Source: Anaeromyxobacteraceae bacterium (GTDB taxonomy: Bacteria > Myxococcota > Myxococcia > Myxococcales > Anaeromyxobacteraceae). Taken from it: DNA of 64,000 nt. The position numbers were made by a program, and so were the translations under genes. The stretch is taken from assembly GCA_047602405.1 (NCBI GenBank), contig JASGHJ010000002.1:768001-832000 (forward strand). Direction: 5' to 3'. The notes under the pieces are model-generated. The model worked only from the letters and a program-made list of their open reading frames with translations. It was not told where the DNA came from and ran no database searches. Positions 50,400 to 61,513 of this stretch are shown in pieces; positions within the stretch are counted from its first letter, which is position 1; every line of letters begins with the position of its first letter.

Positions 50400-52226
50400 A
50401 TGGTTCCCGGCTGGAACATCCCGGAGGTCGGCACCGTGAGCGGTCCAGGGGGCCCGCTCGGCGGCGATGGCCTGGCTTCGCTCGCGGCGTACCGTTCGGC
50501 GCTCGACCTCATCGAGGTGCCGGCGCCCACCGAGCGGAAGTTCGTCGACCGGGAGGCCGCGGCGCTGCTCATCGACGCGCTCTCCGTGCGCATCGCGCGC
50601 GGCCGCGGCGCGCTCGACCTCGCCATCGGCCAGAAGCTGGGCGAGCTGTGGAACGTGTCCGGCGAGCTCGACCTCGGCTACTCGCAGGTACACGACCTCG
50701 CGCGCGAGAAGCTCGGCATGACCGCGAGCTTCGCGCGGCGGCTCCTGCGGCTCGAGCGGAACCTGCGCGAGCGGCCGCTCCTTCGCGCCGCGCTCTTCGC
50801 GGGCGAGGTCACGCGCAGCAAGGCCGAGGTCGTGATGAAGCGCGCGAAGGGAGAGGAGGAGGCGCGCTGGGTCGAGGCGGCGAGGCAGCTCACGGTCCGG
50901 CAGCTCGTGCAGGCCGTGAAGGACGTGCCGAAGGCAGCGTCACCGGTGGAGACCGTGCCGAAGGAGACCGTTTCGAAGGAGGCCGTGTCAGAGGAGGCCG
51001 TGTCAGAGGAGTCCGCGTCGAAGGAGTCGCCTGCAGGCGCGCCGGTCGAACCGGGAGCGGTGCCGCCCGTCGACGAGAACATGGACGAGCTCCCCTGGCG
51101 CCACCTGCGCCTGTGGCTCGGCAAGAAGGCGGCACCGATCGTCCGCGCGGCCATCGACCTCGCGCGGTACCTCGACGAGGCGCCGCGGACCATCCCGGAG
51201 TGCCTGCGGCTCATGGCCATGGAGTACCTCTCCTCGCACGCGGCGCCGGAGGTGCCGGAGGGCCAGAAGCCGTCGCCGGAGTACCTCGGCCAGCCGTACG
51301 AGCTGCGGCCAGAGCTCCGCGAGCTGCTCGAGAAGCAGTCGAACGGGTGGGCCTTCCTCTTCAAGCCGCTCGCGGTGGCGGCGCCGGCGCTCGAGCCGAC
51401 CTGGCCGCCGGACGCCTACGGCATCCTCGACGAGCTCCGCGGGCTCATGCAGCTCCGCAACGCCTGGGACGAGGAGCTCGGCCGCGTGCTCTTGCGCCTC
51501 AAGACGCTCGGCCTGTGGCGCACGATGATGTTCGCCTCGTTCGAGCACTACGCCGACGAGCGGCTCGGCCTCGGGGCCTCGAACCTGAAGCAGCGGATCG
51601 CGCTCGAGAAGCGGCTCACCGACCTGCCGCCGCTCCGCGAGGCGATGCGCTCGGGGAAGCTCTCCTACGAGCAGGCGCGGCTCGTCGCGAAGGACGCGAC
51701 GGCGGAGGACGTGGAGGCGAAGATCGCGGAGGCGGCAGGGAAGACCTGTCTCGCCCTGCAGCGCGAGGTGGAGGGCAAGGAAGAAGGCCAGATGTGGGAC
51801 GCGGGGTTCCTGGACGTGCCGGTGCCCGAGGAGGTCGATTCGCTGCTGGCCGAAGCGGTGAGGGCCGCCCGGAAGGCCGCGGGCCGCTGGCTCTCGACCG
51901 AGGACGCGCTCGAGGCCATCGCCCGGCACTGCCTCGACACCTGGACGCCGCTCGTGGAGCGGAAGCTGAAGGACGCCAACCCCGTGATGGTGCGGGACGG
52001 CGGGCTGTGCACCACCCCGGGCTGCTCGCGCGTCGGCGACGACGTCCACCACATCAAGTTCCGCTCGCAAGGCGGGGACGACTCGCCCGAGAACCAGACC
52101 GGGATGTGCAAGCCGCACCACCTGCGCGGCGTCCACGGCGGCAACGTCCTCGTCACTGGCTCGGCGCCCGACAAGCTGACCTGGGTCCTGGGCTGGAGGG
52201 AGGTGGCCGCGGCGAAGGGGCACTGA
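50400..52226 (+). CDS. HNH endonuclease with DUF222-like N-terminus
   Basis: C-terminal RDGGLC..PGC...VHHIKFRSQGG....N....C..HH. Start uncertain (50400 or 50436). Confidence 0.82.
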   Translation: MVPGWNIPEVGTVSGPGGPLGGDGLASLAAYRSALDLIEVPAPTERKFVDREAAALLIDALSVRIARGRGALDLAIGQKLGELWNVSGELDLGYSQVHDLAREKLGMTASFARRLLRLERNLRERPLLRAALFAGEVTRSKAEVVMKRAKGEEEARWVEAARQLTVRQLVQAVKDVPKAASPVETVPKETVSKEAVSEEAVSEESASKESPAGAPVEPGAVPPVDENMDELPWRHLRLWLGKKAAPIVRAAIDLARYLDEAPRTIPECLRLMAMEYLSSHAAPEVPEGQKPSPEYLGQPYELRPELRELLEKQSNGWAFLFKPLAVAAPALEPTWPPDAYGILDELRGLMQLRNAWDEELGRVLLRLKTLGLWRTMMFASFEHYADERLGLGASNLKQRIALEKRLTDLPPLREAMRSGKLSYEQARLVAKDATAEDVEAKIAEAAGKTCLALQREVEGKEEGQMWDAGFLDVPVPEEVDSLLAEAVRAARKAAGRWLSTEDALEAIARHCLDTWTPLVERKLKDANPVMVRDGGLCTTPGCSRVGDDVHHIKFRSQGGDDSPENQTGMCKPHHLRGVHGGNVLVTGSAPDKLTWVLGWREVAAAKGH

Positions 52227-52386
52227 GCCCCGTCCGAGCGTCCGGGCGAGCGCACGAAAACCACGAAATTCCGGACACTTCTTGGCCTGGAGGCGGGGCC
52301 CAGGTAAGTTCACGAAGCGCCGAGGGCACCCCGTCTAGGATGCCCGTCCCCGGGGGCTGCACAGGCCCGGCGGCGCGGGAGACCGG

Positions 52387-54342
52387 ATGCGTTCGACCCA
52401 GGAGTATTCGTGGCTGCGCTTCAACCGGCGCGTCCTCGAGCAGACGCGGCGGCCCGACTTCCCGGTCCTCGAGCGGCTCCGCTTCCTCGCCATCTGGGCG
52501 ACCAACCTCGACGAGTTCTTCTCCGCCCGCATCGCGCGGCCGTTCAACGACGAGCGCGGCACGCCCGCGTACCGGATGCTCCTCGCCGAGGCGCGCGAGC
52601 AGTCGAACGTCGCCGACGACGTCTACGACGAGTTCCTGCCGGAGCTGAAGGACATCGGCATCCGCATCGTCTCCGAGGCCGACCTCACGCGCGAGGAGCG
52701 CAACTACTTCGGCGCCTACCTCGCCGAGAAGGTCGTCACCCGCACCGACGTCATGGCGGGCGCGAGCCTGCGCGACATGGTGAGCCGCTCGCTCTACTTC
52801 GCGGCGGGGGAGGGCGTGCTCGAGCACCTCGTGCGCCTGCCCGCCGGCGTGAAGCGGCTCCTCGAGATCCCGGGCCGCCCCGGCACCTTCATCCGCATCG
52901 GCGAGCTCCTCCGCGCGCGCAGCGACCTCCTCTTCGGCAAGGCGCTCCCGCTCCACGAGCTGCGCATGGTGCGGCTCACGAGCTTCGACCAGGCCTCGAT
53001 GGAGTGGGACGAGCTGCCCGCCGCGCTCGAGTCCCGGCTCGAGGGCAAGGTCAGCCACCTCGAGGTCGAGCGCGGGTTCCCGCCGCACTGGACCGAGTCC
53101 GTCCGGCTCGCGCTCGGGCTCGAGCCGGACGAGGTGTTCCAGGTCCGCCCGCCGCTCGACCCGCGCTTCGTCTCGACCCTCGTCGACGCCGGCCCCGAGG
53201 AGCACAAGTTCAAGAAGCTGAAGGCCTGGGTGCCGCCCCGCTTCGAGCGCGCGCCGTTCGACCAGATCGACCGCGGCGACGTGATGCTCTTCCACCCGTA
53301 CCAGGGCTACGAGGCGGTGGAGGCCTTCGCGCACGCGGCGGCGAGCGATCCCGAGGTGAGCGCGATCCGGATGACGCTCTACCGGGTCGGCGACGACAAC
53401 GTGCTCGCGCAGTCGCTCATCGACGCCGCGAAGGCGGGGAAGGACGTCGCGGTGCTGCTCGAGGCGCGCGCCCGCTTCGACGAGCTGCAGAACCTGGAGT
53501 GGGGCCTGCGCTTCCAGAACTCCGGCGTGAAGGTGCTGGAGCTGCCCGAGAAGAAGGTCCACGCGAAGGTGTTCTGGGTCCGGCGCGGGCGCCGGGAGTA
53601 CGTCCACCTCGGCACCGGCAACTACAACACCCGCAACGGCCGCGCCTACACCGACTTCTCGCTCTTCACCGCCGACCGCGGCCTCACCGGCGAGGCCCGC
53701 GCGTTCTTCGAGGCGCTCGAGGAGGGCGCCGCGCCCGCGCCGCGCTTCATGCGGACCGGCAAGGCGGTCCGCCGGCTCCTCCTCGAGCTCATCGCCGCCG
53801 AGGCGAGGCCGGGCGGGCACATGGTGCTGAAGTTCAACCACATGACCGACCCGGCCATCCTCGCGGCGGTCGCGAAGGCGGCGCGGGCCGGGGCGCGGGT
53901 CGACCTCCTCGTGCGCACGACGCTCACCGAGATCGCGCCGGGCGTGCGGGCGCGCAGCATCGTGGGGCGCTACCTGGAGCACGCGCGCGTCGCGGCGTTC
54001 CGGGCGGGCGGGCAGTGGAAGGTGCTCGCGGGCAGCCTGGACGCGATGCCGCGCAACTTCGACACGCGGTTCGAGCTCTTCTTCCCGGTGACCGACCTCC
54101 TGGCGAAGAAGCGCGTCCTGTCCGAGCTCGCCGCGCAGCTCGCCGACGACGTGAACGCGTTCGACCTGCTCCACGACGGCAGCCAGCTGCCGCGCTGGGG
54201 CGGCAAGGTCAACGCCCAGGCGGCCGTGGGCCACCGCCGGCTGCGCACGCTCGGCGAGCCGCCGCGGTCAGCGAAGGGCCGCCGCGCCGCGGCCGGCAAG
54301 CCCGGGAAGGGCAGGGCGGCCGCGCGCAGGCTCGCGGGCTGA
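52387..54342 (+). CDS. ppk1: Polyphosphate kinase 1
   Basis: [42 protein letters not shown] and [10 protein letters not shown] motifs. Confidence 0.93.
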   Translation: MRSTQEYSWLRFNRRVLEQTRRPDFPVLERLRFLAIWATNLDEFFSARIARPFNDERGTPAYRMLLAEAREQSNVADDVYDEFLPELKDIGIRIVSEADLTREERNYFGAYLAEKVVTRTDVMAGASLRDMVSRSLYFAAGEGVLEHLVRLPAGVKRLLEIPGRPGTFIRIGELLRARSDLLFGKALPLHELRMVRLTSFDQASMEWDELPAALESRLEGKVSHLEVERGFPPHWTESVRLALGLEPDEVFQVRPPLDPRFVSTLVDAGPEEHKFKKLKAWVPPRFERAPFDQIDRGDVMLFHPYQGYEAVEAFAHAAASDPEVSAIRMTLYRVGDDNVLAQSLIDAAKAGKDVAVLLEARARFDELQNLEWGLRFQNSGVKVLELPEKKVHAKVFWVRRGRREYVHLGTGNYNTRNGRAYTDFSLFTADRGLTGEARAFFEALEEGAAPAPRFMRTGKAVRRLLLELIAAEARPGGHMVLKFNHMTDPAILAAVAKAARAGARVDLLVRTTLTEIAPGVRARSIVGRYLEHARVAAFRAGGQWKVLAGSLDAMPRNFDTRFELFFPVTDLLAKKRVLSELAAQLADDVNAFDLLHDGSQLPRWGGKVNAQAAVGHRRLRTLGEPPRSAKGRRAAAGKPGKGRAAARRLAG

Positions 54343-56364
54343 GGCGCCGGGGCCCGCATCCCGCTCGATGCGGAACTCCGACACCATCGCCGACAGCTCC
54401 TCGGCCTGGCCGTTGAGCTCGGCGGCGGCGGAGGACGACTCCTCGGCGGAGGCGGCGTTCTGCTGCGTCACGCGGTCGACCTCGTCGATGGCCGCCGTGA
54501 CCTGCGCGATCGTGCCGGACTGCTCCTGGGCCGCCTGGGAGATCTCCCCGACGATCGCGGCCACCCGGTCGATCTCCCGGCCGAGCTCGCCGAGCCGGGA
54601 GGCCACCGTGGCGCTCGTGGCCTCGCCCTCGGCGGTCTGCGCGACCGACTGCTTGATGAGCGCCTCGGTGCGGATCGCGGCGTCCTTCGCGCGCAGCGCG
54701 AGGGAGCGGACCTCCTCGGCGACGACCGCGAAGCCGCGCCCGGCCTCGCCGGCGCGGGCGGCCTCGACGGCGGCGTTGAGCGCGAGCAGGTTCGTCTGGA
54801 AGGCGATGTCCGAGACGTCCTTGATGATCTGCGAGGTGCCCTCGGCGGACGCGCGGATCTTCGCCATCGTGCCCTGCATGTGCGAGACGGCCTCGACGCC
54901 CTGGCTCGCGGCGCCCTTCGCCTGGGTGGCGAGCGCGTTCGCCTGGCGGGCGCTGTCGGCGGCGTGGCGGGTCGAGGCCGCGACGCTCTCGAGGGACTGG
55001 TTCGTGCGCGCGAGGGCCGAGGCCTGGTCGGAGGCGCCGTTCGCGACCCCGTGCGAGGTCGAGGCGATCTGGCTCGAGGCCGACGACACCTGCTCGGCGG
55101 CGTTGGCGACCTGCGCGAGCGCGGCGTTGAGGGCGGTCACCGTCGCGTCGAGGGCGACCTTGAGGCGGCCGTGGTCGCCCCGGTAGGTGCCGCTCATCCG
55201 GGCGCGCAGGTCGCGCGCGGCGATCTTCTCCAGCACCGCGGTCGCCTCCTGCACCGGCGCGATGGCGGCGTCGAGCGTGCGGTTCACGCCCTCGACGATC
55301 GCGCGGAACTCGCCCTGGTGCGCCGTGGCGTCGGCGCGCGTCGAGAGCCGGCCGTCGATGGCGGCCTCGGCGAGCGCCTCGGTGTCGGAGACGAGCAGGC
55401 CCACCGCGGCGATGCAGCGGTCGAGGCTCTGGCGGGTGTGATCGAAGTCGCCCGGCCAGCGGTCCTGGAGCGGGGGCGGCACGTCGCCCTTCGAGATCCG
55501 CTCGAGCAGCGCCGAGGAGTCCCGGATCGGCCGCACGACGGCGTCGAGCGTGTCGTTCATGCCCTGCACGATCTTGCGGAAGTCGCCCTGGTGGCGGGCG
55601 GCGTCGGCGCGCACCGCGAGGCGGCCCTCCACGCCGGCGCGGGCGAGCGCGCCCGCGTCCGCCACGAGCGCGTTCACGGCGTCGATGCAGGTGTTGAGGT
55701 CGTCCTGCAGCTTCCTGAACTCGCCCCGCACCTCGTCCCGCGCGCGCTCCGGGATCTCGCCGCGCGCGATGCGGGCGACGACGCCGGCCTGGGCCTTGAG
55801 CGGCGCGACGAGGGTGTCGAGGATGCTGTTGATGCGGCCGAGGAGCTTGCCGTTGTAGCCGGTGTACCGGCTGACGTCCGCGCGGACGTCGAGCTTGCCC
55901 TCGGTCGCGGCGCGCTGGAGGAGGTCGATGTCGGCGTTCCGCTGGAGCACCACGTCGATGAGCGCGTTCCAGGCGCGCCGCGCGTCCTCGTGCTCGCCGC
56001 GGTCCTCGGGCTCCATGTGGCCCGGCAGGTCTCCCAGGGAGACCCGCTTCGCGTACCCCCAGCTCGCCCGGTAGCGCCTCACCACCGCGGCCACCGCCGC
56101 GTGCGCCGCCGCGACGGCCTGCGCGTGCGCGGGGTCGAGCCCGCCGGTGGTGGGCGTCGCGTCGAGCGCGCCCGCCTCGGCGGCGTCGCGGAGCCCCTCG
56201 AGCGCGGCGGAGAGCGCGGCGTCGCGGCGGCGGAGGGCGGCGACGAGCCACGCGGCCGCGAGCAGCGACACGGCGGCGCCCGCGATCGGGTGGACGGCGC
56301 AGGCGACGGCGGTGAGCGCCCCGGCGAGAACGATGTGCGTGCGGAGGGTCTTCGTTCCGGACAT
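54268..56364 (-). CDS. Methyl-accepting chemotaxis protein with poly-HAMP domains
   Basis: [34 protein letters not shown]; repeated HQGDF/HQGEF HAMP units. Confidence 0.93.
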   Translation of the reverse strand: MSGTKTLRTHIVLAGALTAVACAVHPIAGAAVSLLAAAWLVAALRRRDAALSAALEGLRDAAEAGALDATPTTGGLDPAHAQAVAAAHAAVAAVVRRYRASWGYAKRVSLGDLPGHMEPEDRGEHEDARRAWNALIDVVLQRNADIDLLQRAATEGKLDVRADVSRYTGYNGKLLGRINSILDTLVAPLKAQAGVVARIARGEIPERARDEVRGEFRKLQDDLNTCIDAVNALVADAGALARAGVEGRLAVRADAARHQGDFRKIVQGMNDTLDAVVRPIRDSSALLERISKGDVPPPLQDRWPGDFDHTRQSLDRCIAAVGLLVSDTEALAEAAIDGRLSTRADATAHQGEFRAIVEGVNRTLDAAIAPVQEATAVLEKIAARDLRARMSGTYRGDHGRLKVALDATVTALNAALAQVANAAEQVSSASSQIASTSHGVANGASDQASALARTNQSLESVAASTRHAADSARQANALATQAKGAASQGVEAVSHMQGTMAKIRASAEGTSQIIKDVSDIAFQTNLLALNAAVEAARAGEAGRGFAVVAEEVRSLALRAKDAAIRTEALIKQSVAQTAEGEATSATVASRLGELGREIDRVAAIVGEISQAAQEQSGTIAQVTAAIDEVDRVTQQNAASAEESSSAAAELNGQAEELSAMVSEFRIERDAGPGASAREPARGRPALPGLAGRGAAALR

Positions 56365-56552
56365 GCCAGCTCCCGTGCCGGCAACTCCTGCGCCGGCATC
56401 CCTCGAGAGAGCAGGGCCCGTGCCACGTTGTCGCAGTGGGCCCGGGTCCGACCCGCGCCGCAAGCGCCCGGGACCAGGGCGGGTTCCCGGGCGGCGCGCG
56501 GCCGGCGCGCCGCGGCCGGCGGGGTCGCGCGAACCCGGGTGCCGCGGGTCCC

Positions 56553-57336
56553 CTACTTCCCGAGGAGGGTGCCGAGGCTCTTCCGGTGGCTCCGGGAGAG
56601 CCTGAGGCGCGCGCCGTCACGCAGCACGACCGTCCACTCACCGTGCGTCGCCGGCTCGAGCGAGGACACGCGCGCGACGTTCACGATGGCCCCGCGGTGG
56701 ATGCGCGCGAAGCGGCGCGGATCGAGCCGGGCCTCGAGCGACCGGAGCGGCTCGCGCACGAGCCAGCTTCTTCTCTCCGACGTGGAGCTCCGCGTAGTAG
56801 TCCTGCGCCCCGATCCAGTCGATGTCCTCCACCGGCAGGAGGCGCACCGAGCCCGAGTCGCGCACCGCGATCCGCTCGAGGGCGCCGCCCGGGGCCACCG
56901 CGTTCTCCGGGGCGTTGCCGAGCGCGCCGAGCTTGCGGGCGAGGTCGAGCGCCTGGCGCTCGCGCACCGCCGCCTTGCCGCGGGCCAGCGCCTCGGCGAA
57001 GCGCTCGTCGGAGAACGGCTTCATGAGGTAGTCGACCGCGCCGACCTCGAAGGCCTGCAGCGCGTGCTCGCCGTGCGCCGTGACGAAGACGACGCGCGGG
57101 GCGGCCTCGCCGCCGCGGAGCGCCTCGGCGAGCTCGAGCCCGGTCGCCCCCGGCATCTGCACGTCGAGGAAGACGAGGTCCGGCTGGTCGCGGCGGAGCG
57201 CGAGGGCGGTCTCCGGCCCGGAGCGGCACTCGGCCACGAGCGAGACGTCCGGGTCCCGGGCCAGCAGGAGCCGGAGGGTGTCGCGGGCGGGGGCCTCGTC
57301 GTCGGCGACGACGGTCCGGACCGGGGTCGAGATCAC
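56553..57336 (-). CDS. LytTR family response regulator (frameshift near 56765)
   Basis: [15 protein letters not shown] and DYLMKPF in one frame; [11 protein letters not shown] and LSRS in another. Confidence 0.85.
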
Positions 57337-58421
57337 GCTGCCTCCTCGCGGCGCGCCGCGCGGTAGGGGAGGGTGACGCGCACCACCGTCCCGCCGCCCT
57401 CGGCGGGGGTGAGCGCGACCGAGGCGGTCGCGCCGTACAGGTGGCGGAGCCGCTCGCGGGTGTTGCCGAGGCCGATGCCCGCCCCGCTCGTGGCCTCGTC
57501 GGAGCCGGCGCCGGTGTCGCGCACCTCGAGCACGAGGAGCGCCGCCGAGCGGCGGGCCGAGACCTCCACGCGGCCGGGCGCCTCCGACGGCTCGATGCCG
57601 TGCCGCACGGCGTTCTCGACGAGCGGCTGCAGGAGGAACCGCGGGACGAGCGCCCCGAGCAGCGCGGGGTCGACGTCGGTGCGGGTGGCGAGGCGGTCGC
57701 GGAAGCGGGCCTTCTCGAGCTCGAGGTAGTGGGTGGCGAAGGCGAGCTCCTCGCGCAGCGAGACCTCCTGCTGCGGCCCGCCGCGGAGCGCCATGCGCAA
57801 CAGGTCCCCGAGGCGCGCGACCGCCGAGACGGCCGCGGACTGCTCGCCCGAGCGCACGAGGGAGCCCACCGTGTGGAGCGCGTTGAAGAGGAAGTGCGGC
57901 CGGAGCTGGGCCTCGAGCACGCCGAGCCGGGTCTCCGCGAGCTGCTTCTCGAGCTTCGTGGCCTCGAGCTGCCGCTCCATGAAGAGGCGGTGGTACTCGA
58001 GCGCGTGCCCGATCGCGAGGACCGCGAAGTAGCTGTAGATGGAGAAGTTCGCGGTGCGGGTGACGAAGGCGGCGAAGGTGGGGTTGCGGTACGGGCCGAG
58101 CCAGGGCTGCACCGCGAGGCCGATGAACGCGTCGAGCACGGCGGTCACGAGCGCCGGCAGGACGTGCAGCGGGAGGTTGCGCTTCCAGGTGGCGCCGTTC
58201 ACCGGGAACTCGCGCGCGAGCCGGAAGATGAGCGGGGTGTAGAGCGCCCAGACCCAGGACTCGATCAGGAGGCGGGCGAACTTCTTCGGCGTCAGCGGAT
58301 CGACCACGGTGTGGTCGAGCGCCTGGATGTACACGTAGGCGGCCGCCCCCAGGGCGACCCCCGTCCAGCCCGCCCCGACGACGAGCGTGAACCTCGAGCG
58401 TGGCGACAGGCGGTCGAGCAC
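57333..58421 (-). CDS. LytS-type sensor histidine kinase
   Basis: AQLRPHFLFNALH, LQPLVENAVRHG and GIGLGNTRERL motifs. Confidence 0.9.
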   Translation of the reverse strand: MLDRLSPRSRFTLVVGAGWTGVALGAAAYVYIQALDHTVVDPLTPKKFARLLIESWVWALYTPLIFRLAREFPVNGATWKRNLPLHVLPALVTAVLDAFIGLAVQPWLGPYRNPTFAAFVTRTANFSIYSYFAVLAIGHALEYHRLFMERQLEATKLEKQLAETRLGVLEAQLRPHFLFNALHTVGSLVRSGEQSAAVSAVARLGDLLRMALRGGPQQEVSLREELAFATHYLELEKARFRDRLATRTDVDPALLGALVPRFLLQPLVENAVRHGIEPSEAPGRVEVSARRSAALLVLEVRDTGAGSDEATSGAGIGLGNTRERLRHLYGATASVALTPAEGGGTVVRVTLPYRAARREEAA

Positions 58422-58604
58422 GGCGTTCCTCGCACCACACGGTAACGCGCGACGGGCCGTGCGGGCCAGCCTCGTGGGGCGACCCTCGCGGGCTGAACGG
58501 CCGCCAGGCGATCCGCTGCACCGCCGGACCGGCTGGCTGCAACCTGCGCCCGGGACGCGGAGTCGACGTGGAGCGGTCGATGGTCGGCAGATAAGGTCAT
58601 CGGC

Positions 58605-59552
58605 ATGAGCCCGTCGCTCGTCCGCCTCGCAGGCCTGCTCCTCGCGGCGTCCCTCGCCCTGACGCCGTGGCGCACCGCGCCCGCCGCCCCGGGCGCGCGC
58701 GAGGCCCTCGTCGCCGCCGCGGACGCGCTCGCGGACGGGGTGGCGCGAGGTGGCTGGGCCGCAGGGGTCGCGGCGGCGCTCGCGGAGGACGCGGTCTACC
58801 TCCACCCCGGCGAGCCGCTCGTGCGCGGCCGCGCGGAGGTGCAGGCGGTGCTGGCGCGGGCCGGCGCCGGTGCGCAAGGCGGAGCGCCGCCGGACGGCAC
58901 CGCCGGGACGAGGCTGCGCCGGCTCGTCGCCGGCACCTCCGCCGACGGGTCGCTCGGGTACACGTGGGGCGTCCTCGAGGACGGGGGCACGCTGCTCAGC
59001 AAGAAGGCCGGTCGCTGGCTCGCCGCCTGGCGGCGCGGGCCCGTTGGCAGCACCGCCGGCTGGAAAGTCGCTGCGCTCGTGCGCGCGAACGCGCCCGACG
59101 CGCGCGGAGAGGTGCCCGCGGCGTCGCCGCTCGCGCGCGGGTACGCCGGCAGGGCCAGGCCCGGCGACCCGGCCGCGCTCGCGCGCGCCGCGGCCGAGGC
59201 GGACCGCGCGTTCGCCGCGCGCGCCGACGCCGTGCACGCCGCGTCCGGCTACGGCCCCGCGTTCGGCGAGCACGCCGACGCCGCGGCGATGATCCCCGGC
59301 AAGGACGGGCTGATGTGGGGCGCCGAGGCCATCCGCGCCGGCTACCGCACCGAGCCCGGCGAGGCGCTCACCTGGGCCCCCGACCACGCGGAGGCCGCCG
59401 CGAGCGGCGACCTCGCCTGGACCTCGGGCCGCGCCACCTGGCGGGGCGGCGGCGAGCAGGTCTTCACGAAGTACCTGACGATCTGGGCCCGGCAGGAGGA
59501 CGGGACGTGGCGGTGGTTGCTCGATCTCGGCAACCGCCGCCCGGGGCCCTGA
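58605..59552 (+). CDS. Secreted tandem DUF4440/NTF2-like protein
   Basis: Two repeats of S.DG.LGYTWG / SGDLAWTSG...YLTIW.RQ.DG.W. Confidence 0.75.
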   Translation: MSPSLVRLAGLLLAASLALTPWRTAPAAPGAREALVAAADALADGVARGGWAAGVAAALAEDAVYLHPGEPLVRGRAEVQAVLARAGAGAQGGAPPDGTAGTRLRRLVAGTSADGSLGYTWGVLEDGGTLLSKKAGRWLAAWRRGPVGSTAGWKVAALVRANAPDARGEVPAASPLARGYAGRARPGDPAALARAAAEADRAFAARADAVHAASGYGPAFGEHADAAAMIPGKDGLMWGAEAIRAGYRTEPGEALTWAPDHAEAAASGDLAWTSGRATWRGGGEQVFTKYLTIWARQEDGTWRWLLDLGNRRPGP

Positions 59553-59630
59553 AGGGAAGTCGCACGGCGGTCGCGGCCTCGTGCGGGATAGGCCGCAGCC
59601 CACGAGACCCGGCCGCCGTGCGGCGATGCA

Positions 59631-61412
59631 CTACACGCCCGGACCCGACCGCCGCTGGCTGAGGTGCAGCGTCGCGCCACCGCCGGCGATGCCGTTCACG
59701 CGCGCGGTGCCGCTCTCGAGCTGCCGGCCGGTCACCGGCGCGGACATCACCATCCGCGCGGCGGGCCCCTCGCCGGCCCAGATCTTCACGAGGACCTGCT
59801 CGTCGGGGCGCACGAACAGGTAGACCGCGCGCGGCGTGAGCCGGGCGCTCGGGCCGGGGGTGGGTGCGGTCCGCCAGACCACGCGGCCCCGCTGCTCGAC
59901 CTCGAGCGTGAGCGCGCCGGCCGTGCCGGGGGGCGCCTGGATCTCGGCGGAGGCGATTCGGAGGCCGCGCGCGCCCTGCTCCGGCTGCGACCAGTCGCGG
60001 GAGAGGTTGTCGCGGTCGGCGATGATCTGCAGCCGGTCCACCGCGCCCTCGGTCCGGTCGCTCGGGACGGCCTCGACCCGCAGCTCGAGGAGCGCGTTCG
60101 TGGTGAGCCGCGCCTCGCGGTTCGAGACGAGGTCGGCGATGCGCACGTTCACCGTCCCGGCCTCGACCGGCGGGCCGACGCCGTCGTCGTGGGCGACCCG
60201 CAGCGTGACGACGCGGTCGTCGAAGCCGTTCGAGAGCACCGTGAAGCTGCCGTCGAGGAGCTGGTACGCCCCGCGCCGCGGGCCCGCCTGCACCGCGCGG
60301 CCGTCCGGGAGGGAGACGGTGATCGCGAGGTTCGGCTGGTTCTGCGCCGGGAGCCGGCGGGCGATCTCGAGGGCCAGGTTCGCGTTGACGCCGTTGCGCC
60401 CCGCGACGATGGCGATGAGCCGGTCGACGTCGCCGCGGGCGCCGGCCCACGGCCAGCCGTCCGGGCGGACCGGCTTCACGAGCACCGAGCGGAGCACGAC
60501 GGCGTACGGGCGGAGCTTCACCCGCTCGAGCTGCGCGGCGGCCTCGCCGCGGTCGAGGTTCATCTGCGCGGCCTCGCCGAACCCGCGCTCGGCCTGCACG
60601 AAGTCGCGCCGCTGCGCGGCGGCGAGCCCGCGGGCCATCGCCCCCGCGTAGCGGGAGAGGGGCGCCGCGCGCGACTGCGGGCGGAGCGCGGAGGCCTGCT
60701 TGTAGATCGCCTCGGCGTCGGCGTAGCGGCCCTGCGAGAGGGCCTGGTCGCCGGAGACGGCGAGGCGCTCGGCCTCGGCGTCCTTCCAGCGCTCGTACTC
60801 GGCCTGGACCGCCTGGAGCTGGCCGCGCACCGAGGGGTCGACCTGCGCGGCGAGGTTGAGGAGCTCGATCGCGGCGGGGTACTGCGCCTGGCCGCGGAGC
60901 CGGTTGGCCTCGCCGGTCGCGCCGGCGACGACGCCCGGGGAGGCGCCGGAGATCGCGCTCGTGACGGCGGGGTCCTGGCTCGCCTGGCGGGCCGAGACGA
61001 GGAGGTTGAGGGCGCCACGGTGGTCGCCCGCGGCGGAGGCGCGGCCCGCGTTCTGGACGCGGAGCAGCGCGGCCTCGCGCGAGGCCGCGGCGCGCATCGA
61101 CGTCATCGCGGCGTCGCCCGGGTCGAGGTTCACGACGTAGTCGCTCTCCGCGAACGCGCACTCGACGTCGCGCGCGCCCCAGCACGCGTTCGCGTGGCGG
61201 CGGGCCTGGTCGAGCGCGGCGGCCTTCGCCTGCGCGTACTTCGCCTGGAGATCCTTCTTGCCCGGATCCTTCTGGAGCGCGGCGCCGTACTGCGCCTCGG
61301 CGGCCTTCCAGTCACCGGTGGCGGCGGCCTTGTCGCCGGCCTTCTCGGCGCTCGCGCACGCGAGCGCGAGGGTGAAGGCGAGGGCGGCGGCGAGGTGGCG
61401 GGAGCGGAGCAT
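59631..61412 (-). CDS. TPR-like lipoprotein
   Basis: Lipobox LALAC; helical repeats followed by a beta-rich C-terminus. Confidence 0.7.
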   Translation of the reverse strand: MLRSRHLAAALAFTLALACASAEKAGDKAAATGDWKAAEAQYGAALQKDPGKKDLQAKYAQAKAAALDQARRHANACWGARDVECAFAESDYVVNLDPGDAAMTSMRAAASREAALLRVQNAGRASAAGDHRGALNLLVSARQASQDPAVTSAISGASPGVVAGATGEANRLRGQAQYPAAIELLNLAAQVDPSVRGQLQAVQAEYERWKDAEAERLAVSGDQALSQGRYADAEAIYKQASALRPQSRAAPLSRYAGAMARGLAAAQRRDFVQAERGFGEAAQMNLDRGEAAAQLERVKLRPYAVVLRSVLVKPVRPDGWPWAGARGDVDRLIAIVAGRNGVNANLALEIARRLPAQNQPNLAITVSLPDGRAVQAGPRRGAYQLLDGSFTVLSNGFDDRVVTLRVAHDDGVGPPVEAGTVNVRIADLVSNREARLTTNALLELRVEAVPSDRTEGAVDRLQIIADRDNLSRDWSQPEQGARGLRIASAEIQAPPGTAGALTLEVEQRGRVVWRTAPTPGPSARLTPRAVYLFVRPDEQVLVKIWAGEGPAARMVMSAPVTGRQLESGTARVNGIAGGGATLHLSQRRSGPGV

Positions 61413-61513
61413 GCGGGGTCCTCCGGGAGTCGGGGGCACCACCGTAGCCAGCCCCCGCCGGGGCACGCAAGTCGCCGGCCGCGAGCGCCGATGTAGGACC
61501 CGCTATCGCCCGC

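Noticed and set aside
54268..54342. 75 bp convergent overlap of ppk1 and the MCP gene
   Set aside because: It involves only low-complexity tails, which is common in high-GC genomes.
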